DNA from: Thermodesulfobacteriota bacterium
GTDB taxonomy: Bacteria; Desulfobacterota; Desulfarculia; JACQYL01
Assembly: GCA_963675595.2 (NCBI GenBank)
Contig: CAXXLZ010000002.1
Location: 640,001-704,000, forward strand
Direction: 5' to 3'
Length of the DNA: 64,000 nucleotides
Below the pieces are notes generated by a model that worked only from the letters and a program-made list of their open reading frames with translations, did not search any database and was not told the origin of the DNA. Of this stretch, positions 49,720 through 58,457 are shown in pieces. Numbering within the stretch: position 1 is the stretch's first letter; each line of letters begins with the position of its first letter. The position numbers and the translations under genes are program-made.

Positions 49720-50841
49720 ATGGCAGGCGAACCTCAAAATACTTCCGTCCCGCGGGTGAATCCCTTCATCCACTACACCGCAACCTGCCCTATTTGCGGT
49801 AAGACTCACGACCACCGTCGCATCAAATCCCATCTGTTCATCAAGCAGGACCGGGATATCGACCTGCGTCCCCGCAAAATCACCGTCAAAGAAAAAGGCT
49901 TGGAGCAGATTCGTCTCTCCTGGTACAGTCTGTGGCATTGTCCGGCCTGTTCCTTCACTTTTGACTACCGGAACTTCGAGGATCCCGTTCGAAACGCCGA
50001 TGTTTCCGCACGCGAGTTCCAGGAACGCATCCTGGACGCCTCGTTTGAGAACGATAACTTCAGAAAAATCGCCACGATTCTCAAAGATGAAATCGATGAG
50101 GAACATCCCGACGATTTCCAAACCCTCAAGCTCCATCTCCTCGCCCTGTTACACCTCCAACAGGTTCCCAAACTCGTAGACGCGGACGCCCTCCTTCCAG
50201 GCAAATTCGCCCTTCGCCTGGCTTGGTTTTACCGCGAGCTGCGTGATCACCTGGATCCCGACAACCCCGTGGTCACACGAATCATCGAGCTCCTTCGCAT
50301 GCTGCGGCGTCTATGGGAGAACCTCCCGGGGAGCGAAAGAGAGGCCCATCTTCTGGCTGCGGATTACTACCAGACCGCCGTCACCGGCTCCAGATCCATT
50401 CGTACCGATCTGGATCTCGTGCGCCTCCTTCTGCACATAGCGCGGATTCGGATCAAGCTGGGACAATTTCGGGAGGCCATGATACTTTGCGGCAATGCTC
50501 GTCAATTGCAGATGCGTTTCGAGGCGGAAAGACGCCGCTTATCGGCACTCCCTTCCGACGCACCGAACCCGCCCACGGACCAACAGCTGTCAAAGATGGC
50601 CGCCGCCTCCAGAAACATGCGCTACATGCTGGATCAGGTGCTGCAGATCATCGATACCCTCCGCGAGGATGCGGAAAAGCATGAAATCGCCGAAGCGGGC
50701 AATGTTCTCAGCAAACTGCGGGACGTCCCTTTCGAAGAACAAAGGGAGCAGCTCCTAAGCATGGGCTTCAGGGAACGAGTTGTCGCCCGCGTACTCCCGG
50801 CCCCCAAAAAGAAAAAGCTGCGGGACCTATTCCGCGCCTGA
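49720..50841 (+). CDS. DUF2225-like protein (two CxxC motifs plus helical repeats)
   Basis: CPICG...D.DLRP...CPAC; A...LRLAWFYR helical region. Confidence 0.7.
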   Translation: MAGEPQNTSVPRVNPFIHYTATCPICGKTHDHRRIKSHLFIKQDRDIDLRPRKITVKEKGLEQIRLSWYSLWHCPACSFTFDYRNFEDPVRNADVSAREFQERILDASFENDNFRKIATILKDEIDEEHPDDFQTLKLHLLALLHLQQVPKLVDADALLPGKFALRLAWFYRELRDHLDPDNPVVTRIIELLRMLRRLWENLPGSEREAHLLAADYYQTAVTGSRSIRTDLDLVRLLLHIARIRIKLGQFREAMILCGNARQLQMRFEAERRRLSALPSDAPNPPTDQQLSKMAAASRNMRYMLDQVLQIIDTLREDAEKHEIAEAGNVLSKLRDVPFEEQREQLLSMGFRERVVARVLPAPKKKKLRDLFRA

Positions 50842-50875
50842 GACCACGCCGTTCAGTACCGGCGGGTTCTCGGTT

Positions 50876-51505
50876 CTATCCCTCTTTGACCTCAATTCTT
50901 CTTCCCCCGCTCGGCGCCCCCTTCTTAGGCAGCTTCACCGTCAGAATCCTTTTCTTGAACGAAGCCTCCGCCTTTGCCGGTTCCACGTCCGCCGGCAGAG
51001 GAATCGAACGAAGAAAAGAACCGCTGAAGCACTCGACCCGCCGGTAGTTCTTTCCCTCTTCCTTCTCTTCCATTTTCTTTTCGCCCCGGATGGTCAGAAA
51101 ACCTTCATCAATGGTGAGCTGAACATCCTCCTTGTCCATCCCCGGCAGTTCCGCCTTCACCTGTACTTCCGACGCAGTTTCGCTCACGTCCACCAGGGGC
51201 CACTCCATTCCCCAATCTCCCATAGGAGAATCGCCTGCGAGGCCCCGCCTCTTGGACCACCGTCCCACGTCTTCAAGAAAGTCATCGAAAAGTCGGTTGG
51301 TCCGGCTCTGCAACTCCCGAAGAGGATTTTCCTCCTCCTCGCGGTGAAACGTGACCGGAAGGCGATCTCCGCTTTCCTTAGCTCGACCGGCTCCCGCCAC
51401 CCTTTCACGAAGTTCCTTCACCTCCCTTTTCAAGGCGTCCACACTGCCCTTGAGTTCTTCGAGGAGATGTTCGGCCTTTTCCTTGACTTTTTCCGTGAAC
51501 ACCAT
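50876..51505 (-). CDS. small heat-shock protein Hsp20/alpha-crystallin
   Basis: P.VDVSET...VKAELPG...LTIRGEK...GSF.RSI.LP..V...A.FK..IL.V.LPK. Confidence 0.93.
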   Translation of the reverse strand: MVFTEKVKEKAEHLLEELKGSVDALKREVKELRERVAGAGRAKESGDRLPVTFHREEEENPLRELQSRTNRLFDDFLEDVGRWSKRRGLAGDSPMGDWGMEWPLVDVSETASEVQVKAELPGMDKEDVQLTIDEGFLTIRGEKKMEEKEEGKNYRRVECFSGSFLRSIPLPADVEPAKAEASFKKRILTVKLPKKGAPSGGRRIEVKEG

Positions 51506-51672
51506 GATCATTCCTCCTTTTCGGTTGGAACAACCTACTGTTGATATGCAAACCTCTATTCACCCTAAAGCGCTTGTCAAGGCCCCTCTCTTTCCCCCGT
51601 CCGCTTTTCGCGCGATGTTGAAGAGAGCTCGGGCGTCAGGCCTTCCGAATTCAGGGTAAGACGGAGAACGAG

Positions 51673-52335
51673 ATGTATTTCAAAGCAGCCATTTTCGATC
51701 TGGACGGGACCCTACTGGACACGCTCCAGGATCTGACCGAGACCCTGAACGCGGTGTTGGATCGAGAAGGGTTTCCCCAACATGACGGCGAACGAGTCAA
51801 ACACTTCGTGGGAGAAGGAGTGGAAACCCTCATCTTGAGGGCCCTACCCGAAGAAAGAAGGGATGACGAAGCGCTGACGGCTCGATGTATCACCCAATGG
51901 CGGGAAGAATACGCCAAACGTTGGATCGAGCATACGCGCCCCTACGAAGGCATACCCGACCTTCTTCATGCGCTCCGTAATCGGGGATTGGCTCTCGGCG
52001 TGCTGTCCAACAAACCTCACAAGCCCACGGTGGAGATCATTTCCAGGTTGCTCCCGGGTCCGCATTTCGCGGAGGTTCGTGGAGCGATGCCCGATTTTCC
52101 GAAAAAGCCCGATCCTACGACCGCATCCGCCATGGCCGGACGTTTGGGCGTTTCCCCCGAACGAATTCTGTACCTCGGCGACACGGCCGTCGATATGAAG
52201 ACCGCAGTGGGCGCCGGCATGTATCCCGTCGGGGCTTTATGGGGATTTCGGGAAGCGAGGGAACTCATCGAAACCGGTGCCAGAAGCCTCTTTCCCCGCC
52301 CCGGCGACTTGTTGCCTTGGGTAACGGGCGCCTGA
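51673..52335 (+). CDS. HAD-family hydrolase (phosphoglycolate phosphatase-like)
   Basis: FDLDGTLLD, SNK, KKPDP, YLGDTAVD. Confidence 0.92.
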   Translation: MYFKAAIFDLDGTLLDTLQDLTETLNAVLDREGFPQHDGERVKHFVGEGVETLILRALPEERRDDEALTARCITQWREEYAKRWIEHTRPYEGIPDLLHALRNRGLALGVLSNKPHKPTVEIISRLLPGPHFAEVRGAMPDFPKKPDPTTASAMAGRLGVSPERILYLGDTAVDMKTAVGAGMYPVGALWGFREARELIETGARSLFPRPGDLLPWVTGA

Positions 52336-52390
52336 TCCCCGTAAACCGGAGCTCTCCGCGAAGTCCGCTTACAGGCCTCGCATCGATGTT

Positions 52391-53350
52391 TCAGGCGGCT
52401 TCCTCATCGGGACGAGGAGACCTTGCCGTGCACCGATAGAGGAAAGGAACCCCCATGAGAGAGTCCACCCAATGTCTCAAGGAGCAAAGCAGCCCCACTC
52501 CGGCCAGGATGGAGGGCTCCGCATAGGAAGCGAACAGGATGAGGATGGCGGTGTCCCGTGTCCCCATGCCTCCGATGGTAAAGGGAAGCATCCCGGCAAG
52601 GATGGCCAGGGGGAGCAAGGCCATACTGGGTCCGATGGGCACGGGCTGATTCAACGCCGGGAAAAACAGATAGAACTGCAATAAATGCAAAATCCAAACG
52701 AGGATGGAGAGCCCGAGGATCAGCAGCAGGTCCTGGGGCTGCTTCCGGAGACTTTTCAGGAAGGAGTCCCAGGCGTGGAGCACTCCCGCGATCCGCTCCC
52801 ATCGGCCTCCCCTGCCCGATAAAAATTCGGCCGCCTTGTCGAGAGGCAGAAATAGGCCCACAATGGTGATTCCCAAAGCTCCCGCGCCGATGAGGGCTTC
52901 GATCCAAAGCGCCGAATCACGGGTCTTGAGAGAAAACACGCCCACCAGCAACACCACGCTCAACCCCGCGATGTTCAGGACTTTCTCGAGAATTACCGCG
53001 AGTACGGCCTGGGATGAATCCGCATTGTAATCCCTTCGAAGAAAGTAGGCTTTCCCCAGTTCTCCGAGCTTGGACGGAACCAGCACGTTCAAGGCCTTGC
53101 CCGCGAGAACCAGGCAGGCGGATTCTCCCAAAGAGGCTCGTCGGAATCCGCTGGTGAGCAACTGCCAGCGCCGGGCCGAAACCCAGATCTGGGGCAGGAA
53201 AAGAAGAAGAGCCAGAAGCAGGTAGGAAAATCTGGCGTCTGCAAGGCGTTCCAGTACCAGCGTCAAATCCACCTTGGAATAAACGGCGAACAAGATTCCA
53301 AAAGTCACCAGAAACGCGAGAACCTTGGCTCCCGTGCCGTTCCATTTCAT
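52391..53350 (-). CDS. lysylphosphatidylglycerol synthase TM / flippase-like membrane protein
   Basis: Multiple TM segments; RW..L, N.LVPSKLGE..KA, LPFTIGGMGTRD. Confidence 0.85.
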   Translation of the reverse strand: MKWNGTGAKVLAFLVTFGILFAVYSKVDLTLVLERLADARFSYLLLALLLFLPQIWVSARRWQLLTSGFRRASLGESACLVLAGKALNVLVPSKLGELGKAYFLRRDYNADSSQAVLAVILEKVLNIAGLSVVLLVGVFSLKTRDSALWIEALIGAGALGITIVGLFLPLDKAAEFLSGRGGRWERIAGVLHAWDSFLKSLRKQPQDLLLILGLSILVWILHLLQFYLFFPALNQPVPIGPSMALLPLAILAGMLPFTIGGMGTRDTAILILFASYAEPSILAGVGLLCSLRHWVDSLMGVPFLYRCTARSPRPDEEAA

Positions 53351-54005
53351 ACTTCGTTACCCTCTTCAAAAACGTCGCGGGAGAGAACTCCCGAAAAGCT
53401 TGAACGCAGGCAACAAGCTGCGTCCGAGCGTTATTCTGCGGAACCTTCGAGGAGCTTGACGACGGATTCGCAGTCCATCCGGGGCAATGGCGGTGACCGC
53501 TCCCTCCCCTTCAATAAAGAAGCATCAGACTACCGGTTCCGTCGAATCCGGTCAATTCATTCCCCAAACCGGACACCCATCGGGTACGCCCTCTTCTCAC
53601 TCACCCGCCTCGGGCTGAGCGCCCACCCTACGGAAACACATTAGCGTAATTCATTACGCACTTGTGAAAACACGTGGACTTGCCGTGACGGTTTCTTTAT
53701 AAATAATAACAGGCCCCGAGGTTGTTTCGGGATCCGCACAATTCGCGAACCTCTTTTTCGGCTGGGAAGAAGATTCGATGTCGTGATTTGTCGAAACCGG
53801 CGGGAACGGCACATTCCCGAAGCTCCGAGGCCTTACCCTTTATCCAACTCAAAACAAGATAAGCTCTTGGCGCCCATGCGTGGATGGGCGACGATCTCAG
53901 CAACCCGGGACGAAGATTTTTTCGAGTCCCGCGGCGAGCTGCGTACCGACCTAAGTTTGAGGCCGGAGGGCTGAATCAACGGACATATTTACAGGAGGGA
54001 GATGC

Positions 54006-55883
54006 ATGGCAAACATGGGTTTCAGGAAGAAACTGTTGCTCACCATTCTTCCTTTGGTGGCGATCACGGTGGGCGTGCTTGCCTTCGTATCCTATCGGAT
54101 TGCATCGAATGTCGTCTTGGAGCAACAAATGGTCACACTTACCCAGGTGGTCGACAAGTCGGCGATCGAGCTGGACGAGTGGCTGAACTACCGGGAAGAA
54201 GAAGTTGCGATTCTGAGTGAAACCGGGGTATTTCAAGCCGCCTGTGTGGGGAAACGGCTGGAGGAGGCGGAGAAACGCCTCCAGAAATATCACGCGATTG
54301 CTCCCGTCCACGAAAATATCTTCCTTGCGGACACGGCGGGGAAGATATTTATGGATTCCATCGGCGGGAAATCCGTGGGTATCGAAGTGGCCAAGATTCC
54401 GGGTTTCAAGATCAATGTCGACAAAGCGCAACTCGGAGAAATCTGGATCGGCACCGTCCTGAAATCCCCGGCCACCGGCCGACCCGTCTGTCTCATCACC
54501 GCCCCCGTGAAATTCGAGGGACGTTTCGTGGGCATTATCGGCACCCCGCTGGATTTGCTGACCTTCTCAAAGGATTTTCTGGAAAAGACTTCTCTGGGGG
54601 CGAGCGGATACTTGTTCATGGTGGATTCCACGGGTCTGGTCGCGGCCCATCCCAACAAAGACCTGATTCTGAAAACCAACATCCTGTCCTTTGATTTCGG
54701 TAAACCGATCATGGAACGCAAGAACGGAGCAATCGACTACCTCTGGAACGGAGAGGAAAAGACCGCCGTTTTCCGCACTTCGGACAAGACCGGCTGGATC
54801 ATTACCGGAACCGTCACCACGTCCGAGCTGCTGGCCCCCATCAGGAAGATCGGCTACATATCCGGCGTCCTGGGGCTGGGCGCCGTCATTCTCATCTCAC
54901 TGGTCACTTGGTGGATCACCGGAACTCTCTTCAAGATCGTCAACCGTGCGGTGGTAAAGCTGGACACCACCAGTGAGGAAGTGAAGCAGGCCGCAGAGCA
55001 AGTTTCCAGCTCCGGCCACTCTTTGGCCGAAGGGGCCTCGGAGCAGGCCGCCTCCGTTGAGGAAACCTCCGCCTCCATCGAAGAATTGACCTCCATGACC
55101 CGGAGGAACGCGGAAAACGCGGCCCAGGCCGGCGCCCTTTCCGGGGAAACCCTCAAGACCACGGTGAATTGCTCCGACTTGATGCAGGAAATGGCGGCAT
55201 CCATAGGGCAAGTCAACGAAGCCAGCGAAGAAACCCGCAAGATCGTCAAGACCATCGATGAAATCGCCTTTCAGACGAATCTACTGGCACTGAACGCGGC
55301 GGTGGAGGCCGCGAGGGCCGGTGAAGCGGGCGCCGGCTTCGCGGTGGTGGCCGGTGAGGTCCGCAATCTGGCCATGCGCGCGGCGGATGCCGCGAGAGAC
55401 ACCACGGACCAGATCGGTGATATTTCCGACAAAATCAACGAAGCCATGGGCAAGGTTTTCGGCGCCATAGACGAGTTCGGTAAAGTCTCGGAAAACACGG
55501 AAAAGGTAGACGGGTTGGTTAAGGAAATCGCCGCCGCTTCCGCTGAACAGGCCCAGGGGATCGACCAGATCGGTCGCGCCGTGACCGAATTGGACAAGAT
55601 CACCCAGCAAAACGCCTCCAACGCGGAGGAGTCCGCTGCTGCGGGTGAGGAGCTTAATGCACAAGCCGTCCAGATTCGGCAATTCGTCGAAACATTGAAC
55701 CGGGCGGTGACCGGCACCTCTCGCGGCGCAGACGCATCCACCCATATGGAATCGACAGGCGCGTCTTTCCACAAATACAAAGGAACCGTCGCGCCCAAGG
55801 TTCGATCCGCAAAGTCTAAGCCTTCCGAGGTGCCTCCGGAGAAGCTCATTCCTTTGGATGACGAAGACTTGCAGGACTTTTGA
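54006..55883 (+). CDS. methyl-accepting chemotaxis protein with dCache-type sensor
   Basis: Two TMs, SPATG, GYLFMVD..G.V.AHP; signalling motif IAFQTNLLALNAAVEAARAGEAGAGFAVVA.EVR.LA. Confidence 0.95.
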   Translation: MANMGFRKKLLLTILPLVAITVGVLAFVSYRIASNVVLEQQMVTLTQVVDKSAIELDEWLNYREEEVAILSETGVFQAACVGKRLEEAEKRLQKYHAIAPVHENIFLADTAGKIFMDSIGGKSVGIEVAKIPGFKINVDKAQLGEIWIGTVLKSPATGRPVCLITAPVKFEGRFVGIIGTPLDLLTFSKDFLEKTSLGASGYLFMVDSTGLVAAHPNKDLILKTNILSFDFGKPIMERKNGAIDYLWNGEEKTAVFRTSDKTGWIITGTVTTSELLAPIRKIGYISGVLGLGAVILISLVTWWITGTLFKIVNRAVVKLDTTSEEVKQAAEQVSSSGHSLAEGASEQAASVEETSASIEELTSMTRRNAENAAQAGALSGETLKTTVNCSDLMQEMAASIGQVNEASEETRKIVKTIDEIAFQTNLLALNAAVEAARAGEAGAGFAVVAGEVRNLAMRAADAARDTTDQIGDISDKINEAMGKVFGAIDEFGKVSENTEKVDGLVKEIAAASAEQAQGIDQIGRAVTELDKITQQNASNAEESAAAGEELNAQAVQIRQFVETLNRAVTGTSRGADASTHMESTGASFHKYKGTVAPKVRSAKSKPSEVPPEKLIPLDDEDLQDF

Positions 55884-56078
55884 ACATGGAGTTCAGGTCG
55901 GCCTCAAGCACGGCCGCCGAATGAAATGGCGGCAAGGAAGAACTCCGGGGGGCATGGGGTGCCCGGTTCGCCCTTTCCGCGAACCTTCATAGCCTTGACC
56001 GGTATTTCCAATAGGATGCACGACAACAATATGACTCTGTTGGGATAAATCGTTCGGAGGCAACGGAAGAATCCAACC

Positions 56079-56297
56079 ATGAAGCCAACGAGAAAGGAGT
56101 CGGAAGGCATGGGTGCACGATTGCTAAAGGCTTTCGAAGCGGCCAAAAAAGAGGGAGGATCACAGCTTGAGATGCGCTTGGCGATGAAATCGGCCATGAG
56201 CAGCAAGAAAGCTGCGGCGGAACCCGACAGTCCCGAAAATATCAGCAAGATGGAGACGGCCTTCAAAGAGGTCGCGGGCAAGGACATCAAGCTTTAG
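56079..56297 (+). CDS. small hypothetical protein (62-72 aa)
   Basis: Helical, charged ORF; AAGGAG RBS before MGARLL; stop 13 bp before the next RBS-led gene. Confidence 0.7.
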   Translation: MKPTRKESEGMGARLLKAFEAAKKEGGSQLEMRLAMKSAMSSKKAAAEPDSPENISKMETAFKEVAGKDIKL

Positions 56298-56310
56298 GGA
56301 GGGAGAACCC

Positions 56311-56847
56311 ATGGCCATTGAAAAGCGACTGGAGTTTGAAATCGAGCACAAGTTCGATGCCAAGAACTCCCGCCATTTCCTCAACGGATTTTGCACGGTG
56401 CTTCATTGCCACCATTTTGCCACTTTGTACACCCAACTGGCCGATGACGCCAAGGATTTCCACGGTGAACGGCTGCTCAAGGAAGCTTCGGAAGACACTT
56501 TTTTTCACGTGCTCAGCGAGTACTTCTGCGCCAATAACATCACCGCCGTGGACGACATCGTATCCATTTCGGAGCAATACTGGAAAGCCGTAGGCATGGG
56601 CCTGATACGATTCACCGCGGTGGGCCCTTTTGCGGCGGCCGCCGAAATGGAATATTCACACGTGGACGAAGGATGGTTGAAGAAGTGGGGGAGCCGTGAG
56701 GAACCCGTGAATTTCATCACGTCGGGTTTCGTGGCCGCGGTGGCTTCACTGTGCAACGGAAAGCCCCCACGTGCCTACCAAGTGAGGGAGATTCAGAGCC
56801 TGGTTCGCGGGGACGCGGTATCCGCATTCAAAGCGGTGCTCCGCTGA
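56311..56847 (+). CDS. V4R (4-vinyl reductase)-like domain protein
   Basis: VLHCHH, GMGLI.F, P.NF.T.GFVAA, E..S...GD....F pattern. Confidence 0.7.
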   Translation: MAIEKRLEFEIEHKFDAKNSRHFLNGFCTVLHCHHFATLYTQLADDAKDFHGERLLKEASEDTFFHVLSEYFCANNITAVDDIVSISEQYWKAVGMGLIRFTAVGPFAAAAEMEYSHVDEGWLKKWGSREEPVNFITSGFVAAVASLCNGKPPRAYQVREIQSLVRGDAVSAFKAVLR

Positions 56848-56909
56848 CCGACGAAAACCGAAGGACATCGGTCTGTTTCTATTTCCCTCAACAAGAAGGA
56901 GCGTATTCC

Positions 56910-57506
56910 ATGGCGATCGATCGCAAGAAAGTCATAGAGGCAATGTCCAAAGTCTCGGTCATCGGAGACGAGGAAGGCATGATTCGGGCGTTTGGCGTCT
57001 ATGTGCAGCAACTGCCGGCGGAATTCTGGAACTCTTTTGCTCGCCGGATCGTCAATTCGGTGCCGGAAGATTTGGTGGATGTGGCCGAGCAACTCCTGGT
57101 GAACGCCGGACATGAATGCGGATACCACACGGGTTACGGCATCATCACTTCGGAGGAATGGAAAAGTGTCGTCGGCCCCATGATTGAGAAGGAGCCGGAG
57201 GACATCCTCCATGGAGCCTTCGCGGTTTTCACCGCCTGGGGATGGGCGAAGTCGGAAATCGTCGAATTGGTGCCCAAAGAGAAGATGGTGGTCAGAGCCT
57301 ACAACTACTACGAAAGCGACATCGTCACCTACGGTAGAGCGTTGCGTCCCTGCGCCTACATGATCCGCGGCGTATCCGCGGCATTCATGGACCTTGCCTA
57401 CGGCGACAAGCCCTATCCCGACGGACTGAAAACCTTTGAATGTGTCCAAACCAAAGGGATCGAGGTCGGGGACGATTATGGTGAATTTGTCGTGACCCGA
57501 GCCTGA
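56910..57506 (+). CDS. V4R domain protein
   Basis: AWGWA, CAYMIRGV.AAF, C.QTK.I..GD.YGEF pattern; AAGGAG RBS. Confidence 0.75.
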   Translation: MAIDRKKVIEAMSKVSVIGDEEGMIRAFGVYVQQLPAEFWNSFARRIVNSVPEDLVDVAEQLLVNAGHECGYHTGYGIITSEEWKSVVGPMIEKEPEDILHGAFAVFTAWGWAKSEIVELVPKEKMVVRAYNYYESDIVTYGRALRPCAYMIRGVSAAFMDLAYGDKPYPDGLKTFECVQTKGIEVGDDYGEFVVTRA

Positions 57507-57769
57507 AGTCTTCAACGGCCGCAGCCGCGATAGGCATTAGGACCCGGGCGCCCGACCGTCGGCGCCCGGAAGTCCTCCATCCTCGTTCTCAGGGCCGCCC
57601 CGGCTCTTCTTCGCAAACAGACATAGACACAAACTGATCTCCCCTCCAAATGCTCCTTCGCTTCCTTGCCGACAAAAGTCCGGCGTGATATTCTACTTAG
57701 TATAATATCGAGTCCCGCAAGAATCCGACAACAACCATTTCGCAGCCCACACTCGAAGAAGGACTTGAG

Positions 57770-58246
57770 ATGAGAAACCGAAGCATTGTTCTCTTGGCGG
57801 TGGCGGCCACTTGGTTGATTTGCGGCGTCGCTCGGGCCGGAGAAGAAACCATTCAGGTCACAGCCGGGAAAAACCTCCAACCCGTGGCCGTGGAGAACGG
57901 AACCTTCATCCAAGAAGTCTATACCGGGACGGCCCCCTCCGGAGAAGATTTTCTCAACTACGAGGCAAAAAACTATTTCAGCGCGGGTGAACAAGTTCCC
58001 ATTTACGCCCGCTACCGCTTGGAGGGAGACGGGGGCGACTGCACGCCATACCTGCGCGTATCCAACGGCGTCGGCACGGTGGTGGATTTCATCCCCATCA
58101 GCGGGACCCGTTCGGGGTTTCTCACTGCCCCATCCACTCACCGGAATTATGCACCGGGCGCCTACATCATCAACGCGGTGGTTTTGGGACCGGTAAGTAA
58201 CGGCATGTCCGCCCCTCCTTTCGTGTTCACAGTGGATTTGGAATAA
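57770..58246 (+). CDS. hypothetical exported protein (beta-rich)
   Basis: Signal peptide ending ARA; AAGGA RBS; Ig-like C-terminal PGAY.I.A.V. Confidence 0.65.
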   Translation: MRNRSIVLLAVAATWLICGVARAGEETIQVTAGKNLQPVAVENGTFIQEVYTGTAPSGEDFLNYEAKNYFSAGEQVPIYARYRLEGDGGDCTPYLRVSNGVGTVVDFIPISGTRSGFLTAPSTHRNYAPGAYIINAVVLGPVSNGMSAPPFVFTVDLE

Positions 58247-58457
58247 GATTTCTTTTCAGGGTTCCCCAAGAGCCGTCATCAACGAGAACTTTCGAGAGGC
58301 GATCCACGATTCGACCGCCCTTCACGCTCTCCCATGCGTGGATGTCGATTATCACCTCGGTGGAGAACGGATCGCCCCATATGCTTGGGCCATGGCGTCC
58401 GAAATCAAGTCGGTCTTGACAAAACTCAACTAATGAAGCCACTAGATTGGTTGCAAA

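Noticed and set aside
53350-54005. Possible c-di-GMP riboswitch ahead of the MCP
   Set aside because: The GEMM consensus (GGCAAAC...GAAA...GACGCAAAGC) could not be found by eye.
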